Below are positions 9,611 to 19,339 of a stretch of DNA of 64,000 nucleotides, in pieces (the stretch's first letter is position 1; every line of letters starts with the position of its first letter). The notes below the pieces were generated by a model. That model searched no databases, had not been told where the DNA came from, and was given only the letters and a program-made list of their open reading frames with translations. The DNA comes from Fimbriimonadales bacterium. GTDB lineage: Bacteria > Armatimonadota > Fimbriimonadia > Fimbriimonadales > JABRVX01. The stretch is taken from positions 32,001 through 96,000 of the forward strand of contig BTVI01000002.1 in the NCBI GenBank assembly GCA_045862955.1. Reading direction: 5' to 3'. Both the position numbers and the translations under genes were made by a program.

Positions 9611-9946
9611 ATGAGAAGACAGCACACGGGTTTGACCCTCATCGAGCTAATGGTGGTGGTTCTCATCATTGGCATTCTCCTTGTTGTAGCGGTTCCGAAC
9701 TACGTACGAGCTAGGACCAAGAGCCAGACAACAGTGTGCTTGAGAAACCTCGCAAAGATCGACATGGCTAAGGAGCACTGGGCCATGGCAAACAAGGCAT
9801 CGAACGGGGCGACTGTCACGATGGACGACTTGGTCTCCGACTTCCTAAAGGCGGCGCCCGTGTGCCCAGCCGGCGGCGACTATGATCCGCGGCCGGTGGG
9901 GACAGCGCCGACCTGTTCTATTGGGGGCGAGCACAGCTTGCCATAG
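9611..9946 (+). CDS. Type IV pilin paralog
   Basis: TG|LTLIELMVVV; shares ID.AKE.WAM and PTCSIGG.HSL with 9175..9519. Confidence 0.9.
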   Translation: MRRQHTGLTLIELMVVVLIIGILLVVAVPNYVRARTKSQTTVCLRNLAKIDMAKEHWAMANKASNGATVTMDDLVSDFLKAAPVCPAGGDYDPRPVGTAPTCSIGGEHSLP

Positions 9947-9954
9947 GTGAAGCG

Positions 9955-10398
9955 ATGATCCGAACAAGACGCGGGTTCACTCTAACCGAGGTGCTGTTCG
10001 CCGGGTTCCTGGTGACCATCGCCGCGCTCGCGATGGCCGCTGCGCTGCCTTTGGGACACTTCGCCCGTCAAAAGGCGGACCTTACAACCAAGGCTGCGGG
10101 CGTAGCGAACCGGCAGCTCGAGGAAGTGCGTTCGGTCGGATATCCGAACCTGAACCCTTCGACGCTGCAAGGCTTGGGCATTATCGACAGCATGACCCGA
10201 GGGGAGTTCGGCTATCCGTTTACGAACGCGTCGAGTAACAGCGGAGACGCTGTTAGCACTCTGTTGCCGAATGGTCAGGCATGGCTCGACCTGTACGACA
10301 TCGGTCTCGATCTCAAGTCAGTGGTAGTCACGGTCCGATGGACCGAGAAGGGTCGTAGTCGGACCCTGCGCATGGCCACGATGATCGGCAACCTGTAG
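9955..10398 (+). CDS. Minor pilin (PilV-like)
   Basis: RG|FTLTEVL; C-terminal VVVTVRW. Confidence 0.8.
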   Translation: MIRTRRGFTLTEVLFAGFLVTIAALAMAAALPLGHFARQKADLTTKAAGVANRQLEEVRSVGYPNLNPSTLQGLGIIDSMTRGEFGYPFTNASSNSGDAVSTLLPNGQAWLDLYDIGLDLKSVVVTVRWTEKGRSRTLRMATMIGNL

Positions 10399-10448
10399 TT
10401 ATCGAGCGAGTCCGATTCTCGATCCATACAGTCTGAAGGAAGGTAGCT

Positions 10449-11027
10449 ATGGTCCGAATACGGGTTGCGCGGCGTCGCGCTGGCATAAGCGCGCTGGAGG
10501 CGTTGCTGTCGCTCTCCATCTTGTCGCTCGTGTTAGTGGCAGGAGTGGGAGTCATGTCAACGACCGTCCGATCTTGGACCGGTGGTGCCCGCCGGGTAGA
10601 TGCGGACAACGAGACCGCATACGCGGTACGTTACATAGCAAGCCGAATGCAAGAGGCTTGTATGGTCAGCGTGGCCCCGAATGGGATGAGTGTGACGTAC
10701 TGGATGCCTCAGAAGGATGAGACCGGCAACTATCGGATGCCGGTAACACCCGAGACCGAGTCGCGCTCGTTCTCGGTGTCTAACGGGAAGCTGTACGAGA
10801 CGGACTCGAACGGGACACGGGAGCTGCTCCCATACGTGTCCAGCACCGATCCGGGGATTCCCGGCTCGGACAAGTCCTACGTTCCCTTCCAGGCCGGAAC
10901 TGGGTCCGTGCCGCGCGTGCTGGCGGTGCACCTGGTCACAGAGCGCTGCGGGGTGAACTGCGACATTCCTGTGCGGTCTCGACACCGCCAGATCATCTAT
11001 CTTCGCAACGTGCCAACACCGAACTAG
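10449..11027 (+). CDS. Minor pilin (PilW-like)
   Basis: AG|ISALEALLSL; C-terminal IYLRN. Confidence 0.75.
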   Translation: MVRIRVARRRAGISALEALLSLSILSLVLVAGVGVMSTTVRSWTGGARRVDADNETAYAVRYIASRMQEACMVSVAPNGMSVTYWMPQKDETGNYRMPVTPETESRSFSVSNGKLYETDSNGTRELLPYVSSTDPGIPGSDKSYVPFQAGTGSVPRVLAVHLVTERCGVNCDIPVRSRHRQIIYLRNVPTPN

Positions 11028-11039
11028 CGAGGCAAGACC

Positions 11040-12833
11040 ATGAGGAACCGCAAGCAGAACAATCGTGGGGTGGCACTGGTCACCACGCTCATCTTTCTAT
11101 CCACGGTGGTGGTTGCTGTCACTAGCTACGTAGGCTCCACCACATCGGCGTTACGGTTGGCTCGGCACCGTGAGATGGACCTGCGCCTTTTGAACCTGTG
11201 CGAGGCGGGCTTCCAAGCCGAGTTGGTAGCGCTGTGGATCCCGTTCAAGGTGTCGCAGCGGTTCGATGCGATGGATGCTGCGTATCCCGGCGCCTCGCCC
11301 GAGAATCCGTTGGGTGTCATCAGCGGTAGCTACGACGGTGTCGGAGCGTACACGGTGGGTATCGTCGGCTACGACACCCCGGATACGTACAACCGGTTCG
11401 TCACGCTTCGCGCCGTCGGCTTTCAGGACGCGAACAACAACGGGCAGCTGGACCCGGGTGAACCGTATCGTACGGTCGAGACCGTGCAGAAGTTCTCCCT
11501 CGACCGGTCCGGTGTGTTCGATTACGCGTACTTCGCGAACAACTACGGCTGGATGACCGGCTTCGGGCAGGTAGACCTGATTGTGAATGGTGACATGCGG
11601 GCCAACGGTGACTTCACCATATCGGACGGCATTCCCACGATCAACGGCTCTATCTATGCCTGCGCGAACAACCGCCTGGTTCCTCCGGCTCAGGGCATCG
11701 TCAACATAGCTCCGTACCAATGGTCGAACGCGGCGTACACCAGCGACACCGACACGCGGAAGAGGCAGGCCTATGACCCTGCAGTGCACGGGGAGAAGGG
11801 CTCGGAACAGTACGAGCAGTGGCGCGACCTAATCTACGATGCCGAGGCTTCCGTAGTCAACGGTCGGTTCAGCGGCTCGGTGTTGGCAGACTCGCGTGGT
11901 GTTCGCGACTTCCGGGACGTCGTGTTGGATACGAACCCTACCAAGGAACTGACCCTGCCCGACCTAAACGATCTCAACTACTACATCAACTTGTCGCAGA
12001 CATGGGTTGACCAGAAGGCGACCTTCGGAGACGGTACGGCTAATCCCGACTACGGTCAAGAACCTTACATCGAGGTCTGGAACTCGTCTCTGGGTCGCTA
12101 CGTACGTGTTACTACCGACGGTGTCTACAACGGTTCCATCGGTCTCGTCGGGACCTCGTCCAAACCCATCAAGATCCACGGGCCGGTAACGGTCACACAC
12201 GATGCCGTCATCAAAGGGTATGTCCAGGGCCAGGGGACTCTCTACACGGGGCGCAACGTGCACATTGTGGGCAGCATCATCTACAAGAACCCGCCTTCGT
12301 TCGTTGGCAGTTCGCCCGAGAGTATCGATGCAAGGAATGAGAAGAAGGATGTTCTCGCTCTGGCGGCTCGCGGCTCCATCATCATGGGAAACACGAAGAA
12401 GTTCGGGACCATCCCGCTCCGCTACATGACGCCGCCCTTCACGAAGGGACGCTATGATGACCTGGGCAACTGGATACCACCCTTCGATGCAAGGTCCATC
12501 GATTCCTACGGGATTCAGAGATATGCGCCGCTGCTGGGGCACAATTACGTCGACTCCATCTCGTCGAACATCAATCAGTTGGACTGCATCCTGTACACCA
12601 ACTTCGTCGGCGGCGGCAACATCGGCGGTGGTGGCACGGGGGTCACGTTCAACGGCTCCATCATCTGCAAGGACGAAGCTATGGTGTTGTGGAGCCTTCC
12701 GATGAAGATGAACTACGACAACCGCATCCGCGAGCGAGCGCTGACAAACAGCCCGCTGATCGACATCGCACTGCCACGCTCGCCCTCGCTGACTCGTGCC
12801 GTCTGGCAGAGCAAAGGCATGAAGAACTACTGA
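11040..12833 (+). CDS. Large PilX/GspK-like minor pilin, possible tip adhesin
   Basis: RG|VALVTTL lacking Glu5 as PilX/GspK do; DANNNGQLDPGE Ca-loop-like motif; beta-rich C-terminus. Confidence 0.72.
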   Translation: MRNRKQNNRGVALVTTLIFLSTVVVAVTSYVGSTTSALRLARHREMDLRLLNLCEAGFQAELVALWIPFKVSQRFDAMDAAYPGASPENPLGVISGSYDGVGAYTVGIVGYDTPDTYNRFVTLRAVGFQDANNNGQLDPGEPYRTVETVQKFSLDRSGVFDYAYFANNYGWMTGFGQVDLIVNGDMRANGDFTISDGIPTINGSIYACANNRLVPPAQGIVNIAPYQWSNAAYTSDTDTRKRQAYDPAVHGEKGSEQYEQWRDLIYDAEASVVNGRFSGSVLADSRGVRDFRDVVLDTNPTKELTLPDLNDLNYYINLSQTWVDQKATFGDGTANPDYGQEPYIEVWNSSLGRYVRVTTDGVYNGSIGLVGTSSKPIKIHGPVTVTHDAVIKGYVQGQGTLYTGRNVHIVGSIIYKNPPSFVGSSPESIDARNEKKDVLALAARGSIIMGNTKKFGTIPLRYMTPPFTKGRYDDLGNWIPPFDARSIDSYGIQRYAPLLGHNYVDSISSNINQLDCILYTNFVGGGNIGGGGTGVTFNGSIICKDEAMVLWSLPMKMNYDNRIRERALTNSPLIDIALPRSPSLTRAVWQSKGMKNY

Positions 12834-12860
12834 TCGCGAAGGACAGAGAGGAGCCGACTG

Positions 12861-13340
12861 ATGAAACGAAGCCTACTGACGATAGTTTTGGTCCTGGCGA
12901 TGGCTGCAGCCTTCGCGTATCATATCAACCCGGAGGCCAAGCCCGGACCCGAGCCGGGTGTGCGCGAGTTCACAGCTGCCGAGCTCGAGGCGCAGCAGGC
13001 GCACATAGTGGCACAGCCGGAACCGACATATCCCGTGGACACTGATGAGAAGGTGGAAGCGCCGGAAGTCCCAACCGCTTCCGGCACAGCCACTACATTG
13101 GATGCAGGGGGCAAGTCGAAGCCCGTGGTGGACGGTGCCCAGGTGTTGCGTACGGTCAACCAGGATCTGGAGAAGGGCAACAGCGGTCTATGGCGTGCCG
13201 TTCTGGGGTTTCTCGTGTGCTCGTGCGTAGGTTTCGGGGGCATCGCCTACGTTCGTCACTGGGCAGAAAAGAGTGCGCCGGACCCTGCCAAGATGAGGGG
13301 TTCGAGTTCGCGAAGCTCTCAGAAGCCTAAAAAGTTCTGA
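12861..13340 (+). CDS. Hypothetical exported protein with C-terminal membrane anchor
   Basis: N-terminal signal peptide, late hydrophobic helix, GAGGAG upstream. Confidence 0.65.
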   Translation: MKRSLLTIVLVLAMAAAFAYHINPEAKPGPEPGVREFTAAELEAQQAHIVAQPEPTYPVDTDEKVEAPEVPTASGTATTLDAGGKSKPVVDGAQVLRTVNQDLEKGNSGLWRAVLGFLVCSCVGFGGIAYVRHWAEKSAPDPAKMRGSSSRSSQKPKKF

Positions 13341-13403
13341 GCCTCTCATCTCTCCGTGGTGTCCAGAGCGGGCAACTCTGGGTACTGGTGGTCGAGACTG
13401 ATT

Positions 13404-13434
13404 GGGCGGGGCATCCGAAACGGATTCCCCGCCC
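13404..13434. terminator. Hairpin between convergent transcription units
   Basis: gggcggggcatccg-aaa-cggattccccgccc. Confidence 0.6.
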
Positions 13435-13499
13435 TAGTCTGATACCGACCTCGTCGAGAGGTATGGCCGGAAGGCCTCGAGAGAGCTTTGCGCAGACGC

Positions 13500-14012
13500 T
13501 TAGCCCCTCAGACCGTAGAGGCCGCTACCCTTTTCACCCACGCGAGTGATGCGCGAACCTGGCTTCTCCGCGGCTGAAGTGATAGCCTGTCGTGCAGCCG
13601 ACGCCGCGTACTTGCCCGCGCCGGGTCTCATACTCAGCAGGGTGTTTACGATCTCGTTCATGCGCAGGGGCTTGCCGGCCTTCGCCAGCACTTCCTCCGC
13701 CATGGTCACGTAGGAACCCGTGCGCCGAGATGCGACTGGTCGTGTGCCTTTCCTCGTTGCCGCAGCCGCGACAGTCTTGGCCTTTGCAGGAGCCTTCGCC
13801 TTAGGAGCTGCCTTCGCCTTAGTAGGCTTGGTGGCAGCCTTTGCGACGGTCCTCTTGCGAGGGGCCGCCTTGGTGGCAGAGGTCTTTGCTCTGCGGCCAG
13901 TTGCCGGGCTACGCAGACTAGCGATCATCTTCTCCAGCATCTGAATCGCAGCGCGATACTCCGCGATCTGCGCTTCAGCTATCTGGATGTGTCTGGACGC
14001 TACATCTAGCAT
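13500..14012 (-). CDS. Basic DNA-binding protein: coiled coil, Lys/Ala-rich linker, HARE-HTH-like winged helix
   Basis: AKAAPKAKAPAKAK linker; SYVTMAEEVLAKAGKPLRMNEI...GLYGL. Confidence 0.7.
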   Translation of the reverse strand: MLDVASRHIQIAEAQIAEYRAAIQMLEKMIASLRSPATGRRAKTSATKAAPRKRTVAKAATKPTKAKAAPKAKAPAKAKTVAAAATRKGTRPVASRRTGSYVTMAEEVLAKAGKPLRMNEIVNTLLSMRPGAGKYAASAARQAITSAAEKPGSRITRVGEKGSGLYGLRG

Positions 14013-14018
14013 GATGAT

Positions 14019-14048
14019 AGTGTAGCACTCCTGATACGTGCAATGCAA
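14019..14048 (-). promoter_or_regulatory. Sigma70-type promoter giving a leaderless mRNA
   Basis: TTGCAT-18-TACACT with TGn extension, 6 nt before ATG 14012. Confidence 0.6.
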
Positions 14049-14423
14049 GTGGAATCGCTAGGAGTGCGAAAACCGAGCGATTGAGACGTTCTCGATTCCG
14101 GATAGGAATAGTTAGCAGGACGATGCCCAACCCTTCGCTGGGAATTGCGAACCCTTGCTGCGTGCTCCCTCGAACGCGATCTATGACCTTGGTACGTGCA
14201 CCACTCGGTGTGATTAGAGCAGAACGTTGTCGGTTCAGCGTATGCACCTTCAGACCGCGTGAAAGCTTTTTTCATCCACGTTTGATACGGAAGGCGTGAC
14301 GATCGCTTCCAGCGTATATAGGGCTCTTTGTGTGCGCCGAAGGCACTCACAGATAGCGGGAAGGGAACCCCTGGCGCACCGTGAGCGGGGTGCTCCGAAA
14401 TCGCGAAGTTGCTGCCTACGAAC

Positions 14424-15203
14424 CTACGTCTCTCCCACAGGACCGCGATAGGCGATCACTTCGCGACGTGTGGCCTGCAAGAGCGAGTGGAGGCCAGCAC
14501 CCTCCTCGCCCACGACCTCTTGGCTGCCTAGCACAACGAAGATGAGCTGCGCGTCCACCTCCGTTGCCACACTTTCGAGACCTTGCAGTCTATCGCGCAC
14601 GCGCTTCGGCAGACATCGGGCCTCCACTCCGAACTGCTTGCAGTGCTCTGCCACGTGTGTAAGCGTCTTCTTCGCGACTGCTTCCTCGTCCGGCATGGGG
14701 GCGGTTAGGGCTAAAGCCCTAGGCACCTCGATCAGATACACTGCGACGATGCCCGTGTTGCGCGCTCGGGCTATTGCTGCTGCCAGTGTGAGACCATCCT
14801 GGTCCGCGTGATGTCCAGAAAGCGAAACCAGAATCGGCTCTACCAGGTCCTTGCGTTTCGGCTCGACTTCGGTAAGGAGATTAAGCGATGCACGCGCCTC
14901 CTCGATGGAGCCTGCGACCGGTAGCTGACTGCGCACCCCGGGCACCTTCGACAACACCTGACGCACATGGTCGGGGGCGTTTGCCAGGATGAATCGCGCC
15001 TGCCCGCTTTCGATGTATCGGAGCATGTGCAGGAACGTCTCTGCCCCCTCGGGGGTGATGCGCTCGATTTGGCTGAGATCTATGATCACTCCCGCAGGGT
15101 GCCTCTTCAGCACCAGCGCAACTGCCGTTCGGATGGTCTTCCAGTGATCTTGCGTCAAGTCTCCGGAGAGGAAGATAACGTCCTCGGTCCAGTCCACGAT
15201 CAT
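14424..15203 (-). CDS. STAS domain-universal stress protein (USP) fusion
   Basis: N-terminal LSGDL...VIIDLSQIERITPEG; C-terminal PILVSLSG...AVYLIEVPRALAL. Confidence 0.7.
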   Translation of the reverse strand: MIVDWTEDVIFLSGDLTQDHWKTIRTAVALVLKRHPAGVIIDLSQIERITPEGAETFLHMLRYIESGQARFILANAPDHVRQVLSKVPGVRSQLPVAGSIEEARASLNLLTEVEPKRKDLVEPILVSLSGHHADQDGLTLAAAIARARNTGIVAVYLIEVPRALALTAPMPDEEAVAKKTLTHVAEHCKQFGVEARCLPKRVRDRLQGLESVATEVDAQLIFVVLGSQEVVGEEGAGLHSLLQATRREVIAYRGPVGET

Positions 15204-17044
15204 TCCAGGTGGTACCTCACATTCGTAATGACGACGCGCTTGCGCTGTGACAGTGCGAGTTTGATGGGCACCGCGGCGTTATTGTGCAGCGCCCGATGCC
15301 ACCACTTCGCAGGCACCGCTTCCGGCACGATCACCGTGACCCAACGATCGGGGCTCTCCTTCAACGTCTCGTCCACGTATTCGATGATGGGGTCTACGAG
15401 CGAGCGGTACTGCGATTCGAGGATTACCAGCGGGATGCCGAAGTTGTAGCGCTCCCAGTCCCTCTTCAGTTCCTGTGTCTTCGCAGGATTTACGGACACG
15501 TGAAGCGCACGGCAGTCGAGACCGATAGAACGCGCGTAGTTCAGCGCGGCTATCGTACCTATGTGCAGCCTCGGAACGAGCACTATGGCCGTGGTCTGTC
15601 GCTGTGCCGGGACAGCGAAGTCCTGAAGCTGGAGCTGCTGCGTATGCCGCTCATAGTGGCGCCTAATCCGTGTGAACACCCACATCATGCCGGCGCCGAT
15701 TACGGGGATCATCCATGCGCCTTCGGTGAACTTGCTGACGACGAACACGATGCCCACGATCGTGGTTGCGACCGCTCCAAGCAGGTTCATCATCATCTTA
15801 GGCACGTTGCCACCGAGCCTCCGCCAGTGCGCGACCATGCCGAACTGCGACAAGGAGAACGTGATGAACACACTCCCGGCATAGAGGGGCAGCAAGCGGT
15901 TGGTCTCGCCGCCGAACGCGTAGATCAGGCCGATGGAGACCGCCGTCAGCAACACGATTCCCCAATGGAAGACCAGCCTGTCACCCAGGTTCGTTAGCTG
16001 CCGAGGCAGAAACCCGTCTCTAGCAATGAAACTGCACAACCGTGGGAAGTCGGCGAAGGCGGTGTTCGCTGCCAGAATCAGGATCACGACGGTTGCGGCC
16101 TGGATGACGTAGTAGAACCACGTCTTACCTGCGAGCCCCCTGGCAATCATCGAGAGGACCGTTTCGTATCCCGGAGTGCCTTCGTGGATCGGGATTACAT
16201 GCAGCTTGCTCGCGAGGAAGCTGGTCCCCACGAACAGGGTGATGGAGATGACCGCGAGCATCCGCAGCGTCCGTGCGGCGTTGATCGATTCCGGAGGACG
16301 GAACGCGGGAACTCCGTTCGCGATGGCCTCCACACCCGTCAGGGCCGTACATCCCGCAGAGTACGCCCTCAAGAGCATGAAGAACCCGATAGGCGTCACG
16401 GCAGTAGCAGCCGCTTGCTGCGTAGCGACTGGGTTCATCGGCTGGATGCCGCCAGTCACCACTTTCCACATGCCAAGACCGACCAGCGACAGCATACTCA
16501 GGACGAAAAGGTAAGTTGGCACGGCGAAGAACACGCCGCTCTCCCGAATGCCTCGAAGGTTTACGAGGGAGATCCCCAGAATCATGGCGGTTGCCAGGTG
16601 AGGACGCATGGGTTGGAGGTTAGGGAATGCCGAGATCATCGCTGCTACCGCAGCTGCCTCCGACACGGATACGGTCAACACGTAGCCGATTAGCAGCGCG
16701 GCACCGGCGACTCTGCCGGCACCCGACCCGAGGTTTTCCGACGCTACAATGTAGGACCCGCCGCCCGTGGGATAGGCAAGCACCGTCTGCGTGTACGAAG
16801 CAGCCACCACTGCTAGCAGAACCGCGATACCGGTGGAGATGGGAACTACCAGCGGAAGATGATGGATCGAGGCGGCGAGCAGGACCAGCATGATTGCCTC
16901 GGTAGCATACGCGACAGACGAGAGCGCGTCGGCGGCGAAAGTCGGCAGCGCAAATATGACGCTGAGGCGCTCGTGCCTGGCACGCTTCGAGGGAATCGGC
17001 GGGCCCTGAACGAGGCGAACTAGGCCGCGAATGAGGTTAGGCAT
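15200..17044 (-). CDS. APC-family permease, KimA/YdaO-like K+ transporter
   Basis: DALSSVAYATE, YPTGGGSY, TALTGVEAIANG, ANTAFADFPRL; cytosolic C-terminal domain. Confidence 0.85.
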   Translation of the reverse strand: MPNLIRGLVRLVQGPPIPSKRARHERLSVIFALPTFAADALSSVAYATEAIMLVLLAASIHHLPLVVPISTGIAVLLAVVAASYTQTVLAYPTGGGSYIVASENLGSGAGRVAGAALLIGYVLTVSVSEAAAVAAMISAFPNLQPMRPHLATAMILGISLVNLRGIRESGVFFAVPTYLFVLSMLSLVGLGMWKVVTGGIQPMNPVATQQAAATAVTPIGFFMLLRAYSAGCTALTGVEAIANGVPAFRPPESINAARTLRMLAVISITLFVGTSFLASKLHVIPIHEGTPGYETVLSMIARGLAGKTWFYYVIQAATVVILILAANTAFADFPRLCSFIARDGFLPRQLTNLGDRLVFHWGIVLLTAVSIGLIYAFGGETNRLLPLYAGSVFITFSLSQFGMVAHWRRLGGNVPKMMMNLLGAVATTIVGIVFVVSKFTEGAWMIPVIGAGMMWVFTRIRRHYERHTQQLQLQDFAVPAQRQTTAIVLVPRLHIGTIAALNYARSIGLDCRALHVSVNPAKTQELKRDWERYNFGIPLVILESQYRSLVDPIIEYVDETLKESPDRWVTVIVPEAVPAKWWHRALHNNAAVPIKLALSQRKRVVITNVRYHLE

Positions 17045-17075
17045 AGGCTGATCGCGTCGGGTGCTAGGCTCCTAC

Positions 17076-18248
17076 CTAGGATGCACCGAATACTCTGAGG
17101 CCTGCGATGTAGGTGGCCTCCACGCTAAGGTCCGGTCTAAGCAGCACGAAGTCTGCTCTCCGGCCGGCGGCCAAGACACCTATCTCCTCCTTCAAACCCA
17201 GCGATGTGGCAGGGGCAGTGCAACACATATCTACCGCCCGTTCCAGCCCCACCTCTCGTGCGGCGTTGCGTAGTGCGTCGTCCAGCGCTATGGTGGAGCC
17301 TGCGAGCGTACCATCGGACAGCCTGGCCGCGCCACTCGACACTGTCGCCGCCAGGCCCCACAGGTCGAACCGATAGCCATCGGGCATGCCAACGCCCGTC
17401 GTCCCGTCGGAAACGGCGATCACCCCAAGCGAATGCTTCGCCTCACACAATAGTCGGCAGGCTGCAGGGTGAACATGGATGTTGTCCCAAATCAGTTCTG
17501 CAACTAGCTCCGATCGTATGAGTGCCGCTCCTACCACCCCAGGCTCTCGGTGATGAAGCCCGCGCATCGCGTTGAAGCAGTGCGTGGCGCGACTCGCACC
17601 AGCTTCGATGGCGGCGCTGACTTGATCGTACGTCGCCGCGCTGTGCCCCACGGAGACGCGTATGCCGGCCTCGACGAGACTGCGACACGCGTCCAGAGCC
17701 CCTGGCAACTCGGGTGCTAGAGTCACGACCCTCAGTTCACCCATTAGCTCCCCGAGCGCGGCTTCCATCTCCGAGAAATTCGGTGGACGAATGTGATCGG
17801 CATTCTGAGCGCCTTTGTACTGGGGGCTCAAGAAGGGCCCCTCTAGATGGCATCCGAGCACCCGCGCCCCCTCGCTCGGGTGCCTGCGCACTTGGGCAGC
17901 CGCCTGAACTGCGGCTTTGATGGAGGCCCATGGTGCGGTAAGCGGCGTCACCAGAAAAGCCGTCACACCTCGCGAAGGCAAGAGCGCGGCGTGACGGCGA
18001 ATGGTTTCTTCATTCCCGTCCATCTGATCGAGTCCGAATCCGCCGTGCACGTGTGTGTCTATGAGCCCCGGCGCAACGAGGAGGTCGCGGGCGTCCACGT
18101 CCTGCGGGCCGGGCTCTTCTCCGGCTGCGGGAGCGCGGACCGAGGCGATCCGGCCTTCTTCTATCTCGATCACCGTCGCCGATGGCTCCGCCACACTCCC
18201 CAGCAGACGCCCTGCGAACACCCGGAACGGACCTACGCTCTCAGGCAA
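17076..18248 (-). CDS. nagA: N-acetylglucosamine-6-phosphate deacetylase
   Basis: PGLIDTHVHG, HLEGPFLS, VTLAPE, THCFNAM, LAGS; TTG start inferred. Confidence 0.92.
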   Translation of the reverse strand: MPESVGPFRVFAGRLLGSVAEPSATVIEIEEGRIASVRAPAAGEEPGPQDVDARDLLVAPGLIDTHVHGGFGLDQMDGNEETIRRHAALLPSRGVTAFLVTPLTAPWASIKAAVQAAAQVRRHPSEGARVLGCHLEGPFLSPQYKGAQNADHIRPPNFSEMEAALGELMGELRVVTLAPELPGALDACRSLVEAGIRVSVGHSAATYDQVSAAIEAGASRATHCFNAMRGLHHREPGVVGAALIRSELVAELIWDNIHVHPAACRLLCEAKHSLGVIAVSDGTTGVGMPDGYRFDLWGLAATVSSGAARLSDGTLAGSTIALDDALRNAAREVGLERAVDMCCTAPATSLGLKEEIGVLAAGRRADFVLLRPDLSVEATYIAGLRVFGAS

Positions 18249-19339
18249 AACGTACCCCCAGCCGCCCGCGTCAGTCTTCCGGACAACTCCAACAGCGTCA
18301 AGTCGGCTGCAACCTCCGGCAACGGCCTGCCTACCATGCGAGCGATCTCGTCTAACTTCTTCGGCACGGTCTCCAGCAAAGTGAGAAGACGTTCCTGTTC
18401 TGCGGAAACAGCTGGCTCCGCCTCCTCCTCGGCGGGGGTCACCTCTCGACCCAGGTCTTCGACAACGTGGAGGGGCGAAGTTACAAGAGTAGCCCCGAGT
18501 CGAAGGAGGTCGTGATTGCCTGCGAAGGAAGGCGCGTGGTAAGGCCCGGGTACCACGAAGACTTGGCGCGAGTCTTCGTTGGCGAAGTTGGCCGTTGCGA
18601 GCGCGTGGCTCTCCCGAGGGCACTCGATCACTACCACCGCTTCGCAAAGCGCGGCGATGAAGCGATTGCGCCTCGGGTAGGTGCCCGCCATGGGCCGGGT
18701 GCCGAAGGGGAACTGCGACAGGATCGCTCCCCTCTCCACGACGGCTCGGTACATTCGCGCGTGGTCCTCTGGATAGCAAATGTCGAGCCCGCATGGCAGA
18801 ACGACGATGCAGCGCCCACCGGCATCCAGCGCGGCGCGCGTGGCCATCGCTTCGATGCCGTAGCTCCCCCCCGTAACAATGACCGCTCCCATGCGACCCA
18901 GCTCTCGTGCGAAGAACTCGGCTGCGGACAGGCCGTAGGGTGTTGCGCTTCGCGTACCGATGATAGCAACCGTGAGTGCCCCGACTTCAGGCAGCACCCC
19001 GCGCACATAGAACGCTGTGGGCACCCCCTTCGCGTGACGTAGTAGCTCCGGATAGTCTGGCTGCACCTCGCGGCATACACTCACATCCGGGTCGGCCAGC
19101 AGTTCACGCTCTCGATTCTCGAGGGTCTCCCACGTTCGCAGCCGGCGCTTCTCGCTTTCCGAGCAGCCCGCACGAGCCCAAGCCGACTCACCTGCCGCAA
19201 AGACTGCGCTCGGCGAACCATGGGTGTCTAGCATGGACCGTGCACGGACAGATGCGACGTCCGCCCGAATCCAGCGATGCCACTCGAAATCGGCTTCGGT
19301 CGGCCCCTGCTGCAGGTCGAAGAGGTTAGCCGCCGCCAC
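18233..19339 (-). CDS. dprA: DNA-processing protein DprA
   Basis: VAIIGTRSATPYG, YPRRNRFIAAL, VFVVPG, C-terminal winged helix; GTG start inferred. Confidence 0.92.
   Translation of the reverse strand: MAAANLFDLQQGPTEADFEWHRWIRADVASVRARSMLDTHGSPSAVFAAGESAWARAGCSESEKRRLRTWETLENRERELLADPDVSVCREVQPDYPELLRHAKGVPTAFYVRGVLPEVGALTVAIIGTRSATPYGLSAAEFFARELGRMGAVIVTGGSYGIEAMATRAALDAGGRCIVVLPCGLDICYPEDHARMYRAVVERGAILSQFPFGTRPMAGTYPRRNRFIAALCEAVVVIECPRESHALATANFANEDSRQVFVVPGPYHAPSFAGNHDLLRLGATLVTSPLHVVEDLGREVTPAEEEAEPAVSAEQERLLTLLETVPKKLDEIARMVGRPLPEVAADLTLLELSGRLTRAAGGTFCLRA

Noticed and set aside
17045..17075. c-di-AMP (ydaO) riboswitch before the KimA-like gene
   Set aside because: Only 31 bp separate it from nagA
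18249..18794. N-terminal extension of NagA (572-aa ORF)
   Set aside because: Lies within dprA; NagA similarity starts near 18248
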